From contig CAUYUJ010000281.1 of NCBI GenBank assembly GCA_963575745.1, positions 496,001-560,000 on the forward strand: 64,000 bases of DNA, given 5' to 3'. The position numbers were made by a program, and so were the translations under genes. The stretch is from Prorocentrum cordatum. Lineage: Eukaryota. The notes under the pieces were generated by a model. That model worked only from the letters and a program-made list of their open reading frames with translations. It was not told where the DNA came from and made no database searches. The first letter of the stretch is position 1. Every line of letters starts with the position of its first letter. Below are positions 49,668 through 63,370 of this stretch, one piece after another.

Positions 49668-51200
49668 GGTCCGCTGACCCCCTGGGGCCACGGCGTGTGA
49701 GATGCTTCCCCCTCCCCAAACGCCTCCCCCAGGAGCCCGGTCGGCCAGTTTGGAGGGAGAGCGGGAGGGGCAAAGGCGCCGGCCGCACACTTGCAGCCGT
49801 CAGGTGCCCCACAACGAGCCAAAAAGTCCAAAAGGCTCCCGGCACGGACCAAGAGAGCTACGAGTCGACGAGGGATCTTTCCACAACGCCGAGGATTACA
49901 TGCAGACGGCCCCAGAAGCCCCCCAAAACGCCCCAAGAAGCCACCCAAACGCCCTCCAGAAACAAGAAAAACGTTCCATTCCCTATGGACAAAACATATA
50001 TTTTCAACACACTCGCCTCTTGGCCTTTCACGAGGTCCACAACGGCCCAAGAAGCCTCCGAGAGCGACCCCAGCTAATCCAAGAGGCCCCCAAGAAGGCT
50101 CCAAGACGCGGCCAGCGAGGGCCCCGCGAAGGCCCCAGAAACAACCGCAACGGCCCAGGAGAGACGCAGGACGGCCTCAAGAGGGCTCCAAAATGGGCCA
50201 AGAGGGCCCCCATCCCCCAAGGCCTCCTGGACGGCCCACGAAGGCTACGAGTCGTCGCTTCAAGACGCTCCAGATTGCCTCCCAGCGGTGCTACAGGCCC
50301 CCAAGGCGCCCCAAGAAACCACCCGGAGACGTCCCATTTCATTTCCTATGGGCAGCATACATTTCCAGCACGTTCGCCCCTTCGGCTTTCACGAGCCCGC
50401 AGCAGCCCGAGAAGCCTTCCAGATCGACCCAATGCGACCCAAAACGGCCCCCAAAAAGACCCCGAGAGAGCCCAAGTGGGCGCTTAGAGGCCCCAGAAGC
50501 CACCAAACCGACTCAGGACGGCCCCCAACGAGTCCCAAAAAGGGGCCCGCAAGGCCGCCCCGACGTCCCCAAGGGGGCGCGACGATGTGTACTGGCGTGG
50601 ACGTGCATTTCGCAGGGACGATCGATAGTTTTGCAGTCCAGTCGGCTGGGGACCGACGGCGTAGGAGGTCTTTTTGCCCGTCTGGTGTCCAACTGCGTGC
50701 GCGATTGGCAAGATTCGCGAGCTCGCGCCCCTCTTGAATGGTGTCAAGATTTTTTTTTTGTATCGACGTCTCCAGAGCGCGAATTACGACTCGTGAGGAG
50801 ACCGACGCCCGCCACTGCCTCCAGCTGACCCCCGAAGCCCCCTAGGCGCCCCACCGGGCCACCCGGACGCGTCCCAAGAGGCCCGGCAGAACCAAACCTC
50901 GGCCCCCTTCCCGAAGGGAAACGTCGAAGTTTAACACGTCCGCTCCTTGATCTTTCACGGGCCCCAAAGCAGCCCCAAAAAGCCACCAAAATCAGCCCGC
51001 AAGCCCCCGCATGCCCCCAGACGGCACAAACAGGCCCCAACAGGGCCCCCGAAGCCACCAGGGAGAGCCCCAGGACGGCCCCAAGAGGAGGGTAAGAAGG
51101 GACACCCGAATGGAGAATTCGAGCACTTCGCCCCGAAAAAACATGAAAGGGCGTCTAAATGCACGGAGGCGGCCCTTCGACGACAAAAACAACTAAAAAC
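49668..51200. repeat. Composite repeat family copy 2
   Basis: Same head (gtccgctgacccctggggccacggcgtgtgagatgcttcccc) and same array anchors at ~50000 and ~50360. Confidence 0.75.
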
Positions 51201-54129
51201 TGAAAAGACGAAGATTCTGCAGCAAAATTAATCTCAATTTCCCCCGCAGAAATCGTTCACCATGGGCCCCTCGGAACCCAGTCGCAATCGTTTTCCCAAA
51301 TGCATCCAGCCGCGGCGACAGGGGAGGGGCCTGGACCCCCCCCCAACACACAACTAACCTACCGAGTCCGACGAGCTTCTTCGCACAAATTCGTTCCCCG
51401 AACCTCTCCCCCGGAGCGCTAATGCAATCTCTCGCCCCAAGTCCGTCCGGTCTTGAAAATCCCGGGGCCCAGCAACGGCCACCGGAGACCGACACCCATC
51501 AACAACAAAATTGGTTCAAACCAAAATCTCTGGAAAGGCGGCCAGAACCACCGCAGGCATATACTGCGATCGATGAGAAGAAGAAGAGAAGGACGAGGAG
51601 GAAGAGGAGGACAAGGAACAAAAAAAAGGAAAACATCGTTGCCACCGCCGATGTCTCACAGATTTTCGTGGCCTTTCGAACACCCAAAGCATCTCCTCGA
51701 AGTCAGCCTCCAGGAACCGTTTTCGGTGCCCAGGGCCACCGCCGAGGGTCCAGGATGAGGATCGACCTCCCTGGCCGGCGCCACCCCTTCGCAAAGGAAG
51801 GGGCACGGGGTGGATCGAGGCTCGAGGCATGAGACTCGCTCTTCGGCGCTCTCCGCCCTCTCTGGGCCTTCTGGAAGCTCCTCGTCGACACAGCTGGGTC
51901 CACTTTCGGGCTTCTGGCCAGACGCATCCCCAGCCGGGCCTCAACGATCCCCGAGCCTATTCAAGGGGTGGAAAAGGAGGCCTGGGACAGGTCCAGGTAA
52001 AGCTCCAAGGAACCCACATAAGACCACGAACAATTTCAAAACAATCCCCTACAAAGCCCCCCCTTGAACCCCACAAGCTACGTAAAACAGGCCGAAAGCC
52101 CAAGATTGCCCAGCGATAGCGCGTTCTGCGAACTCCGTCTTTCACTCTTGGTGCCGCCCCAAAGGGTTTGCGGTGCAGCGTAAGCCAATCAATAATTTCG
52201 CGCATGTATCCAAACAATGTCGAACGAGTATCGCCTCCCAGAGCCCAACACGTGAAAATCCTCCAGCTTCGGTACTTTCTTGGTGCTCGAACTTCTTTCT
52301 GGTGGTCGAGGCTAAATGTAGGTTGGGGCATCATAGCTGTAGGCGTCTTTTGAGGTCCTCGAAGGTGCTGCAGCCAAGCGCGGGGAGGCGAAGATATTTC
52401 CGCGCCCGATGCCGCCGCTGCTCGCTGCTGCCCCTTCGGTCCCCGTGCCCCCGGTTCTGGAGGATGTCTCGGGCGCCGCGGCCTTCTCAGAGCGTTCCGG
52501 AGCGCTCTGAGAGCGTTCCGGAACACTCTGGAACGGATTGATCCTCGTCCTAGCCCCGTCTGGAATGTGTATTTAGATGCACCGCTTGTCATAGCAGTGG
52601 TTCCAAACTCGCCCTGCACGAATGGCTTGATGTATCCTGCCTTCCGGCAGGCCACGTTGATGCAAACATCTCTCGGGGTGCTCCAGCGCGAAAGCTGCAT
52701 TTGGCTGGTGGGTTGGCTGAAGAATCCCATGCAAAGTGATAGAGCCACGCACTTGGGGTCTGGATCTGTAGGAATTGCGGGCTTGCGGGCTTTCCATCAC
52801 GGCTAACCTAAAGCCGGGGCTCAGGCATGAGCGTCTAGGTGCTCAGCCCCTCAGTGCCAGGAGGAGGTCATGCCTGAATCGGTTCAATCGGGGGGGGAGC
52901 CCTCAGACTGTAAGTGTGGCCGAGCCGTCAGCACGCCCACAAGCAACAAATCAGTTCACTTCCGGTGGCAACATCATGCACTTCTTGCTATTAATGTTAC
53001 TCCTCTTCCAGCATCCCTCCTCATCCTCCTGTTCATCATCCCGCCTGTTTCCCTCCGAGGATCACCACGTCCCCCCTGGGATCTTATGAGACCTCCTTGG
53101 TCCTTGTACCCGTTCCCCATCCTTTTTCCATATCGATAGCTCGTTCCTGTCACACCTCCTGACGTCGGCAGGGTGGGCGGGTCGGGCGTAGCGCCTGAGG
53201 CGCCATCACTGCTTGCGATGCTGAAGCTTGAACTTCGCAGCGGTTAGAAGGATGGAGCACAGGTCGGTTTCGAAATGAAGCTCCTGCCTTGGTGCCACAC
53301 GCATTCGTCTTGACAACTTGCAGCTGCAGGAGGGATGGGGTGACATCTGTTTGAAAACGATGCTCTCGCCTCAGCGCCGCGCAGATCCGTTCTAGATATT
53401 TGAAACCAACTACCAGAATTGAGGGCGGTTCCTTTCGACACGGTGCTCTCGCTCCAACGCCGCCGACATTCGGCGTACAAGCCAGTGACAAATGCAAGAG
53501 TTCGTGTCGGCCCACTGGAACTCTCGCCTCAGTGCCGCGCACAATCGTACAATTGCAGGGGTGGGTGACGTGTTGCTCTGCGTTTCTTGAAATTGGGCCG
53601 CGGCTGAAAGCTTCGTACAATTCGCAGATGCGTGGACGGAAGGCAGTTCCTTTTTTTCCACGACGGGACTCACGCTTGACATGTCACCGAACTCCATGGC
53701 CACGGTCCTAAACTTGTGCAGCAATCGCAGGGACGGCGGGGCCTTTTGTTTGAGAACGGGAATATCGCTGAGCACCTCGTTGAGCTGTGTAAGCGTACCT
53801 GTTCGCATTCCTGCTGTTCCTCCATTAAGATGCAACGCAATTCACTTCCCAAACGGTGTTCCCGCCTGAACGGCAGGTCTGTGCGGCGCTTGTCCTTGAA
53901 TGGGGTGCACCTTGTAGTGAAGAAGCAGACCTTTTGGGAACTCACGCGAAGAGGACTTGAGACCAGAGTGTGAGTTGCAGCACTGCTGACGCATCCTGGG
54001 TTCCTGGGCTCACTCTGCTCCCCCCCCTACGACGACAACGGCGACGACGTCGCCCACGACGCCCACGGCGACGAATCGGTCGGCGGTGACGGCGACGCCT
54101 GCGACGACTGTCCCACGACGACGGCGCTC

Positions 54130-54222
54130 CTCGTAGAGCTCTGTGAAGGCCTGCCAGGTGAACTCAGAGGGGTCGATGCCGTTGCTCTGAAGCAGCGTGA
54201 TGAGCTCGTCCTCTCGATCGTC
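54130..54222 (-). CDS. Probable isolated exon of a host gene (31 codons)
   Basis: Reads AG|DDREDELITLLQSNGIDPSEFTWQAFTELYE|GA, with GC3-rich codons and dinoflagellate-type splice junctions. Partner exons were not identified. Confidence 0.45.
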
Positions 54223-56373
54223 CTCGGCAGCACTGCGGAAGGGATGGCGGGGAAGGCGTGAGGGGTCCCAGAAAAGGACGAGGTCAGAAGGCCACCGAAG
54301 AGCCCGCCAGCAATGCCCTTCGGGAACGGCCGATGAAGACGATCCACGGGAAGGATGAGGACACCGACGACGGGCGGCCAGGATGAGGACAACGACGGCA
54401 AGGACGATGAACAAGACCACGAGATACAGTTGTAGCAGAACGGTGAATCTGATTTTTTTTAAGGAGGATCAGGTCTACTTCGATTCGCTCTGCAAGGCGC
54501 TCGCAGATGGACCCCAGGGTCTGGCCTTTCAATGGCTCAAAACAAGCCATCGAGCACGCCCGAAGCCCCCGCGAGGCGCCTCGCGCCCACCCAGCGCGTC
54601 CGGCCGGAAAGAGGCGCAAGGCCGAGGGCGGTGCCACCGCGGGCGGCGGCGCTGCCGACGACAAGGCAGGAGGGGGAGGTACTGCAGCTATACAGTTTGG
54701 GGCCGGACCACAACAAAAAAATCCGCAAGAAACCCAACCCTGAGACCCCAGGACGCCCATTGATGTTTGATGTGGGCACGTCGCGCCCCTAGCAAAACCA
54801 TCGAAACCCACCAAAACCACGAGACAAGCGGGGTGTTTCCTGGCATGGCCCCCCACTGTACACCATGCGACGGACCTCCTGCCTCACCATCCACTGAGCG
54901 GCCTGCTGGCAAGGCCTCTGTGGGTCCTCAGCCCAAGGATGTCAAATTCCGGATTTGATGAGCTTGTGGCAGGCACGCTCCCGCCGTGCCCTTTTGTCGA
55001 GGGTGGCAGTGATGCTTCAGGAACGCCCCTCCCTGGGAGTCTTGACCAATGAATTGGCCCAGGGGCCCAATGACGCTTTGGCCTGCAAACCGCTCGCGGG
55101 TAGGAACTCCCTCCAATGACTCGTCATTTCGGCTTGTGGAGACTCGCCGTCTTAAGTCGCTTCTTGAAGACAGCTTCCAGGCGCCCGAAGCCCCCTCGCA
55201 CTGTCGAATGCCACAATGACCCCTGGCAAGGCCCGCGCTCTTCCGATCCGCAAGTCCCATCTCCCTGGTGCTCCCATTGCGGGCGTTGGGTCCAGTTTTG
55301 AAGTTTGCAAGGACCAAGTTGCCCATCACCTCGACCAAGTGCAATCCTATGGGCTCTATCTTGAGGCCTCGGAGGCGTCGGTGGCCTTGGTCAAGACACC
55401 GACGGTGGGATCAAGCCGACATAAACCGAGCTTCTGCCTCATGTTGCACGTCTGGCTGGAAGAATGTCTGGCGCCCTGGCCCTGGCCCTGGCGCTGAGAG
55501 TCTTGTGAAGGACGCGTTCGGCGTCTAACCTGCTCCTCAGACTGTGCTTTTCGCAGGCAAGGTGGTAGCCACGTGGTCCGTTCCGTGCTCCTGGTCGCGA
55601 TGCCTTCTGCCTCGCGCCCCTCTACCCCATCCACGCTGAAGGTCCTCCGGAAAGGGAAATGCAAATTCTTAGGGGTGCGGGGGAGTTCCTTTTGACATTG
55701 CAATGCGACTGCGTCGTGGGTGGGGATTGAAGGCTCACTCCCTCGGTTCAGCCGGGCGCGAGTGGTGACGCGGATCTCTCGTGCCAAATGGTGTCTCCTG
55801 GTGGGGGCGCGTGTTTTCCGTCTCGTGGGCCCCCCTCGGTTTCTGATTCCTTCGCCGTCGCCCCTGGTCTCGCCCAGGGGGGAAGGCTCTCGCCTTCCGC
55901 CGACCCCCTCCTCTTTCCGTCGTTCCCCCCGTGGGGCCTCGGCCCATGCCTCGCGACTGGGGTGCTGCGATGCGCGTGGCCCGGAAGGGCTTCGAGGGTG
56001 CCGCGTCCAGTTTGGACTCTCGGCGCAGGCTGTGGGCCAACGCCGCTGAGGCGGAGGTTGCCTCGGTTGTGCGGGGTGATCTTCTAGCTCTGGGGCTCTG
56101 GGTGCTCGTGGCAAGCGGCCGCAGATGCGCTGGCGGTCTCTTCTCAAGCCTACCGGAGGAGCTCGGGACAGCAACCAGCGCCCTTTTTGCTGGCTGCACA
56201 CTTATATACTTGTACTCTGTCTCTCCTGTTACGTGAATGATTGGGCGGCTTCTTGACATCAGGTCAGTCACATTCTACTCGCCCTCGAGAGCCCCGACTC
56301 CTCCATCCAGCCCGCTGCCGGGGATTACCTGGAGCCCAGCTTCAGTTGTGCCGCTAGCTTAGCCTGGCGCGAG

Positions 56374-58750
56374 ATGGAATTCGTCCAAGATCGCCGCGAA
56401 ATGTTCTTCACTGAGCTTGGAGAACTGATCGACGAGGCTCGCGATTTGAGTACTGAACCTCGTGCTGGAGCTACCAACGCCTCGCGAGCGGCCTGGACCG
56501 ATTGGCTGAGAGGCGGTCTGGGCAACGGGGGCCGCAGAGCCCGCACCGCGTTAAAGGGTCCTGAAGGGCGGCCCCCTAACCTCTGCCTTAGCGTCTTGAT
56601 GGGGTTATTCTTGCCGACCCCGAGTCGTTACTCACAGCTGAGGGGGGGCAAATTCAATAGGATCTGTGCGGAGAAGGTAGCGGTCGGCGGTCGGGGGGTT
56701 AGTGATACAAAATCATTTCAGCCCGCGCATCTCCTGTCTGCCGAAGACCTAAAACATTTCTCCAATAAATGGAAGATGTCCAGCGCCGTGTCCCCGGACG
56801 GCTTTCGTTACCGCCATGTGTCTGTCTTTGATGACGTTGGTCTGCTTGTTCGAGTCGAGGGTCGACTACTTATCCCAAAATTGAATTTCTCGTCGGATGT
56901 GCGAAATACGCGTATAATGTTTGTGTATATACACGGACATTCTTCGAATCTTGATCGAACTTCGACGAACAAGTCAGTTTCGGGGTATACCAATTCTGTT
57001 GTCGATCTCTTCCTCGACTTGTGGTAAGGAAAAATATTGTTGTCGTGTACGCAACTGGCCGAATGCCGTCGCAGCGTCCATGGGTTTTCGCCCCATTGGA
57101 GCCTTTCCTGCGCAGGACGGAGTCGAAGTAGGGGAACGACTACAGAATCGGTTTACCCTGTTTTACCCCACGGACGGCTTTCTCGTCGAACCTACGAAGA
57201 ATACGCGGGATGCTCGAAGATCTACGAGCATCATTCTACGAATATGTCCTACATTCGACGCGAAAATCAATTTCGGGGGAAACCAATTCTGTAGTCGATC
57301 CCCTACCCGAAGAGCGTGGGGCAGGGCCCGCGGGGTGGAGGCCGCCCGCCAGGAGATGGCCCCTCGCAGCCAGCACGAGGCTGCCGGCGCGAAGGGGGAT
57401 CCGGAGGCAGAGCTTCCGCGCCGAAGTCGGCGCTCGGGAGGCTGAGATTTTTGCGTCCGTCCTCTGGGAATTTCGCACGGCGGGCTGAGCTTTCTGCTTG
57501 CATCTTCGGGGTTGGTCGCACGTGCTAGGACAACAGTGGTCTTCATCGATTTTGTTGTAAGGCGCCAGATTCACAGCTTCCACCCTCCCCAGCGCAGGGC
57601 TCGACATCCGAGCGTACTCGAATGCTCGGTGTTTAGCTTTGGGTGCTCGTGTGGAATGCCCCTGCTTCGTGCAAAGGGGCCTAGTCGCGGGCTGCAGCTT
57701 CGCTGCGTAGCTCGTTCGCGGTTTCGCAACGTCAGCGTTCGATCGTTCGCCTCGGTCGCCCTCGCCAGAGTTCGACGCGCATATCGATGGCGCTTGACTC
57801 AGCAGGACTGGTAAGTCTAATGGCGTTCGTCAGCGCGTGGTCACAGGAGCCCGCGCCCTTCGCCAGGTCACCACCTGCGCGCTGCAGCGCGAGTTGGCCA
57901 TGGACGAAGTCGGGCCAATCTCAAGCCGCTCGTCCCTCAGCGATGAACTCGAGGCGGAGCTTGGGCCCTTATCCAACGCTGGCAAGGCCAGCGCAGTCAA
58001 CCTAGGGATCGAACTCGTCTCGTGCTGCTGGCCCTGGGGTCCATCTCAAAGCTCGGCTGGCTGCCGCGGCCAAGAGCCTGTCGGTCGTCTCGCTTCGGCT
58101 CAGCGGTGGGCGGGACAGCTGCCAACATGTTTTCGCGGCTGGCCCGATGGCTGGCGTTTTTTTTTCTGGGGACCGAGGTTCATGGCGTTTCCGATCGGGA
58201 GTTGCTGTCCCGCAGAGGGGTAGGGGCGAGCACCACTAAACCCAGGGCCCAGGGCCAATCTCGTGCTCTGCTTTCTCTCCTTGACGGGGACCTTCCTTGG
58301 AGGGCCGCCTGTGCACCCATCATCCGATGGGCGACAGAGGTCTGGCTTGGGCAGGTGGAGGCTCTTGAACGAAGCTGTTCGTTTCGAGAGCTTCGCGACG
58401 ACTGCCAGGATATGTTTGCTCGTGACGACCTCTCCTGGATAGACATTTCTGGGCCCATCGCTGCCTTCAAGATGCCCTTGTACCGTGTGGGCTGGTCCAT
58501 GCCGAACTTCTGCACTCTTCGGGATGGCTTCGGCCGGAATATTTTGGTTTGCTCGGCGGAAGGCCCCCCGAATGGTTAAGCTGTTGCTTCGGGTTTCGAG
58601 GAGTGAATCCCCAACTTGGGTGGCAATTTGGTGGGGGGTCTCGAAGGGGATGGGGATGTGGATGGGGATTGGTTGAACGATACTGATTGTGGTTGAGAGC
58701 CTGGCAGGATCATCGGCCAAGCTCTCCAAGCAAGACGAGGGACCCACGAG
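56374..58750 (+). pseudogene. Decayed LINE ORF2 (RT and C-terminal region), frameshifted and interrupted
   Basis: Remnants WTDWLRGGLGNGGRRA, KMSSAVSPDGFRYRH..DDVGL (RT domain 0-like), AVNLGIE, GTEVHGVSDRELL, DGDLPW..PIIRWATEVW and GPIAA..LYRVGW occur in different frames. The RT core is replaced by unrelated sequence at ~56850..57800. Confidence 0.6.
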
Positions 58751-59434
58751 AGCTCAAGCCCCGCAGTAGCTGACGTACGGGCACGGACGCCGTTTTGCTG
58801 CAGGGTGCCCGTCCGTCTCGCCTCCCTGCGCTCCTGGTGGGCAGCGTGACACGCTTGATGGGCCTCTTTTCCACCACCATCACCATAGGTTGGCGGGGGG
58901 GAAGGAGGAGGAGGAGGACGAAGAGGAGGAAGAGGAGGAGGAGGAGGAGGAGGAGGAGGAGGACCCCCCCTACAACTTATGGCGGTGGTGGTGGTGGGAA
59001 ACACGCCCATCAACGCTGCATCCCCGTCTTTGGGCTTGCCCACACGGTCAGCACCCTCGGGGTGGGATCGATCCCGCAGTGGATACGTCGGCGGCGACGG
59101 ACTGCGGCAATGGTTCCGGAGCGGGTCGCTCGTGATACGTCGGCGACGGACTGCGGCATGAACCCCGACTTTTGCATGGCGCCCTCCGGCGCCTGGGAGA
59201 CCCTGTCCCGGGAGCGTGGGACGGCAGCGCGGAAATCAGGAGGCATGAGGATATCAGCTTCCTTCCCCTTCCCCTGCTTCTACTCCTGCTCTGTGCGAGG
59301 ACAACATATGGGGTCATGTGTGAGTTTTGTTTTGTTTCGTTTGTAGTTGCCTGTTTTTGTTTCGGAAAAGGAAAGCACATTACCCCAATGCGAACCTACC
59401 TAGAAGTTGGAACCCCTAGGAAAGCAGCATTAGT

Positions 59435-59610
59435 TGCTATGCTATGCTATGCTATGCTATGCCATGCTATGCTGCGCTATGCTATGTTATGCTATGATAT
59501 GCTCTGAGATGCTATGCTATGCTGTGCTGAGCCGTGCTATGCTGTGCCGTGCTGTGCTGCGCTACGTTATGCTATGCTATGCTATGCTGCGCTATGTGGG
59601 CTATGCTATG
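59435..59610. repeat. (ATGCT)n pentanucleotide satellite
   Basis: Direct reading. Confidence 0.92.
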
Positions 59611-61910
59611 ACAAGCTGTGCTGCTCGTAGTTCCTGGGGCCTGGGCAACAGGCTCTTCGCCTGGCGAGGCCGCGGGGCCCGCGCGTGCCCCGTGCCCGGG
59701 GACGCCTCAGCGGGCGGAGTGCGGAGCTCTTGCCCGGAGTGGGCGTTCTGCTTCGTCCTCCATGCCGACCTGCACGCTGACGGTTCGGGTGTCGCTGTTC
59801 GGGGTGCGTTGCGCATGGCAGGAGCGCTCTCGGGCGAGAAGCGGTACTCTGGAGGGGGCAATCTTCGCCCCCCCCCTTGGATCCGACGGGGGGGTGGGCA
59901 CGTGCTGTCGGCACGGGTGGAGGGAGTTGGAGGAAGAGGAGGGGGAGGAGGAGGAGGAGGAGGAGGAGGAGGAGGAGGAGGAGGAGGAGGAGGTGGAGGG
60001 GGGGGATGGGCGAGCTCCGTCGGAAGGTTATTCGCCCACCCCTCGTTGAATATCCCACCCAGAGTATGCTGGCAAGGGTCTCCAGGCCTACCATCTTGTC
60101 GGGAGGGTCTCCAGGCCCGCCCGCCATCTTGTCGAGCCGCGCCTCTGCTCGTGCCGGGGGCTGAGGGCTCGCCGGGTACCCGGTGAGCTGGACATCTCGG
60201 CTACGGCTCGCTCTGGTGCGTCAGGAGTGGGGGGGGGTCAGATGCGGCGGCTATAAGAGTGCACTGCCGCGCCGCCCCACAGCTGGCCACACCCTGCGAG
60301 ACAGTGCCGACGGGAACGTCACGACTGCCCGCCAGGACTTGAAGCGTCGGGCCGCCAGCCTGCTCGGATGGCCACGTTTGGCATTCAAGGCGTACTGAAC
60401 GTGCTCTCCAGCCGCCCCCGATGCCTGTCCTTGTGCTGGCCCACGCGCGGAAGCGGACGAGCGGCTACTGGCTTTGCGAGATGTGTGTGTGTGTGTGTGT
60501 GAAGGGCTTCACTGCTGTGGAGGACCAGTCTCCAACGGACAGCGCGTGTCCTGGCCCCTCCAAGCTCGATTGAGGAATTCTTGAGAGATTAGGTCACCGA
60601 GAACTTGCATGTCCATGCTCGGACGGCTCGTTTCTCCTTATCTGTCACAGCCGTAAAGTATACTTCCACGGATCGCAAGTGGTCGCTCTCAGCAGAGCCT
60701 GCAAGCAACCCAGGAATTTTAGGAGATTGAAGAATGGTAGTCACCCCAATCGCAGTGCTGTTTCGGCCAGTATCGACGCATCCGTCTCCCTTCTGTAAAC
60801 TTGTCGAGACAATCCCAGAAACCCTGATCTGCGTGTCGATTTACTATCTAGCCATCCATCTGGCCACATCGGTCTCGGGCTTGAGGCAGGCGTGCTTGTG
60901 GCGGGGAGGGTTCGCGTTCGTGTCTGTCGTTGCCGCCTATTGCTTTATCGATCGGCCTCTCTGTTGTATCCTTTTGCCCGTATCTGGGTGGCGGGCTTGG
61001 TGTCTCCTCTCATGCCTCGTGGCTTCGGCCACGGCAGCTGTCGCAGCTGCCCCGTGTGGTGGGCTGGACGTGGTTGGGGGGCCGCCTGGCAGTGGTCGTC
61101 CCATTCCTGCCGCGGGTGTGGGGTCCCGATCGCTGGTGGGGAGCTCCTGCTGGCAGGTAACGTCTACGTCTCACTGCTGCCTGGCAGTGGTGATCCGAGA
61201 CAAGGGAGTCGTTCCCAAAAAATAAGAGGGGCGGGCCGAGATGTCAGAGACGCACGGGGGGAACCGAGAAAAAAAACAAGGAGGAGGCAAAGGAGGAGTT
61301 GGACCGTGGACCCGCTGTGCCCCCCCCTCCCCCGGTGTTGTGGATGTGCCGCTGCCGACGCGTTGCGGACAAACTGAGTGAGAGCGCCGCAAGCACAGAC
61401 CAATCTCGATGTATGCACCATTTCGCATTTCGAACCAATCGCGAAAGTCGAGAGCACAACCAAGCATCCGCGTGAGCTTCGTGGACAAGCTAATTGGAGC
61501 ACGCAAAAAAAAAACTATAGCATAATCTCCATGGAACGTTGATTCTAGGAACACGATGCAAACACAACTAGCCATGTTTGCACACAGAGCCACTCGTTTT
61601 CCTAAGCGGCACAGGCCGATCGCAGAACGCATTCAAAGGAACGCACTGGCCGTCACTGTCAGAAGTCATCCTGGCAATGTACTGGTGTAGACGACGCTCT
61701 CGATGGTCCGAAATTCCTGCCAAGCGTTTTCGGCCCCAGGAAACACTTGGCCGCCTTCAGGCGCAGATTAGCAAACGAAGGGACACTTTACAATACTGAC
61801 TGCGGGTGCGTGAGCACATGGTCAGTGCGATTATCGCAAAAGGCTGACCCCATGTCATCTGCTCGTGCGCGCACTCTGTCTCGGAACCTCCCACAACGCT
61901 CCAAAAAAGG

Positions 61911-63370
61911 AATCCGCCGACCCTTTGGGGTTCATCGGCGTGTGAAATCTTCCCCCTCCCCAAACCCCTCCCCCGGGAGCCCGGTCCGGTCGATTCGGAG
62001 GGGGGGGGGTCCGGGCAAATCCCCCGATTCCCCCGATTCCCCCGGGGGGGTCATCCGTTCCCGAAAATCCTGCAAGGACTCCTCCGGTGGCCTCGAAATG
62101 GCCCCGGGACGCCAAACGAGCGCTCCAAGACGCCCAAGGTGGCCCAAAGACGGGCTACGAGGCCTCCTAGACGGCACAAGAGGTCCCCACGAGGCCCCAA
62201 GAGGCATCCAAGATGCGTCCCAAGAGGGTCCCTAGACGCAACAATTTGCCCATTCCCTCCGTTAAACATACATTTTTCACAAATTCGCCTTCTGGGTTTT
62301 CCGATGCTCCCAGACGGCCCAAGAGGCCCCCAAGACCGCCCCAAGACGGCCCAAAAAGCCTCCATCAAAGAGGGTCCCAAAATAGCCCAAGAGGGCCCCA
62401 AGACGGGCCAACAGGCGTCCAAGACGGCCCAAGAAGTCTCCGAAAACGGCCCCAAGAGCGCTCCAGGAGCGCTCCGAGTGGCCTCCAAGAAAGCTCAATA
62501 TGGTCCCAGACGGTCCACGAGCGATCAAAGACACCGAAGACGGCCTCCAGACGGCCCAAGATGCCCCCAAGACCCAAGAGGCATCCGAGATGCGCCCCAA
62601 GAGGGCCTCTGGACGCAAAAAGTTGGCCCGTTCCCTTCGTAAAACGTGTATGTTTCACACATTCGCCTTTTGGGCTTTCCGACGCTCCCGGACGGCTTAA
62701 GAGGCCCCCAAGACCGCACCAAGACGGTCCAAGAAGCCTCCAAAGAGGGCCCCAAGACAGCCCAAGAGGGCGCCAAGACGGCTCAAGAGGCGCCGAAAAC
62801 GGCCCAAGAGAGCCCCGAAAACGGCCCCAAGAGCGCTCCAGGAGCGCTCCAAGTGGCTTCCCAGAGAGCGCAACATGGTCCCACACGGTCCAAGAGCGAT
62901 CGAAGACACCCGAGATGGCCTCCAGCTGGCCCAAGACGCCCCCAAGGGGCCTCCAAGATGCGTCCCACGAGGGTCCCTAGACGCAAAAAATGGCTCCTTT
63001 CCTTCGTAAAACGTGCAGTTTTCGCAAATTCGCCTCGTGGGTTTTCCGACGCTCCAAGGCGGCCCAAGGCCCCGAAGACCGCCCCAAGACGGCCCAAGAG
63101 GCCCCCAAAACGGCCCCACGACGGCCCAAGATGGCCCCAAGACGGCCCAAGAGGCCCCCAAGACGGCCCAAGAAGGCCCCAAGACGGCGCCAAGAGGGGC
63201 CCAAGAGGGCAACCAACAATTCAAAGATCTAGCTTTCCGCCCCCACGAGCCCCAGGGGGCCCCAAGAGTGCCCCAAGAAGCCGCCAGAGGCCCCCAAGCG
63301 GCCGCCAAGACGCCCCAAGGAGCCCCCAAGAGGCCCCCAAGAGACCTCCAAAAGACCCCCAGACGCTTCC
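61911..63370. repeat. Composite repeat family copy 3
   Basis: Head aatccgccgaccctttggggttcatcggcgtgtgaaatcttcccc. Anchors at about 62270, 62650 and 63015. Confidence 0.8.

Noticed and set aside
53150..53950. Repeated CAALRREHRF-like peptide on the minus strand
   Set aside because: It occurs in different frames and is better explained as a diverged DNA minisatellite.
54463..54496. Mini-exon EDQVYFDSLCK on the + strand
   Set aside because: It is too short, the opposite strand also reads plausibly, and it conflicts in strand with the neighbouring candidate exon.
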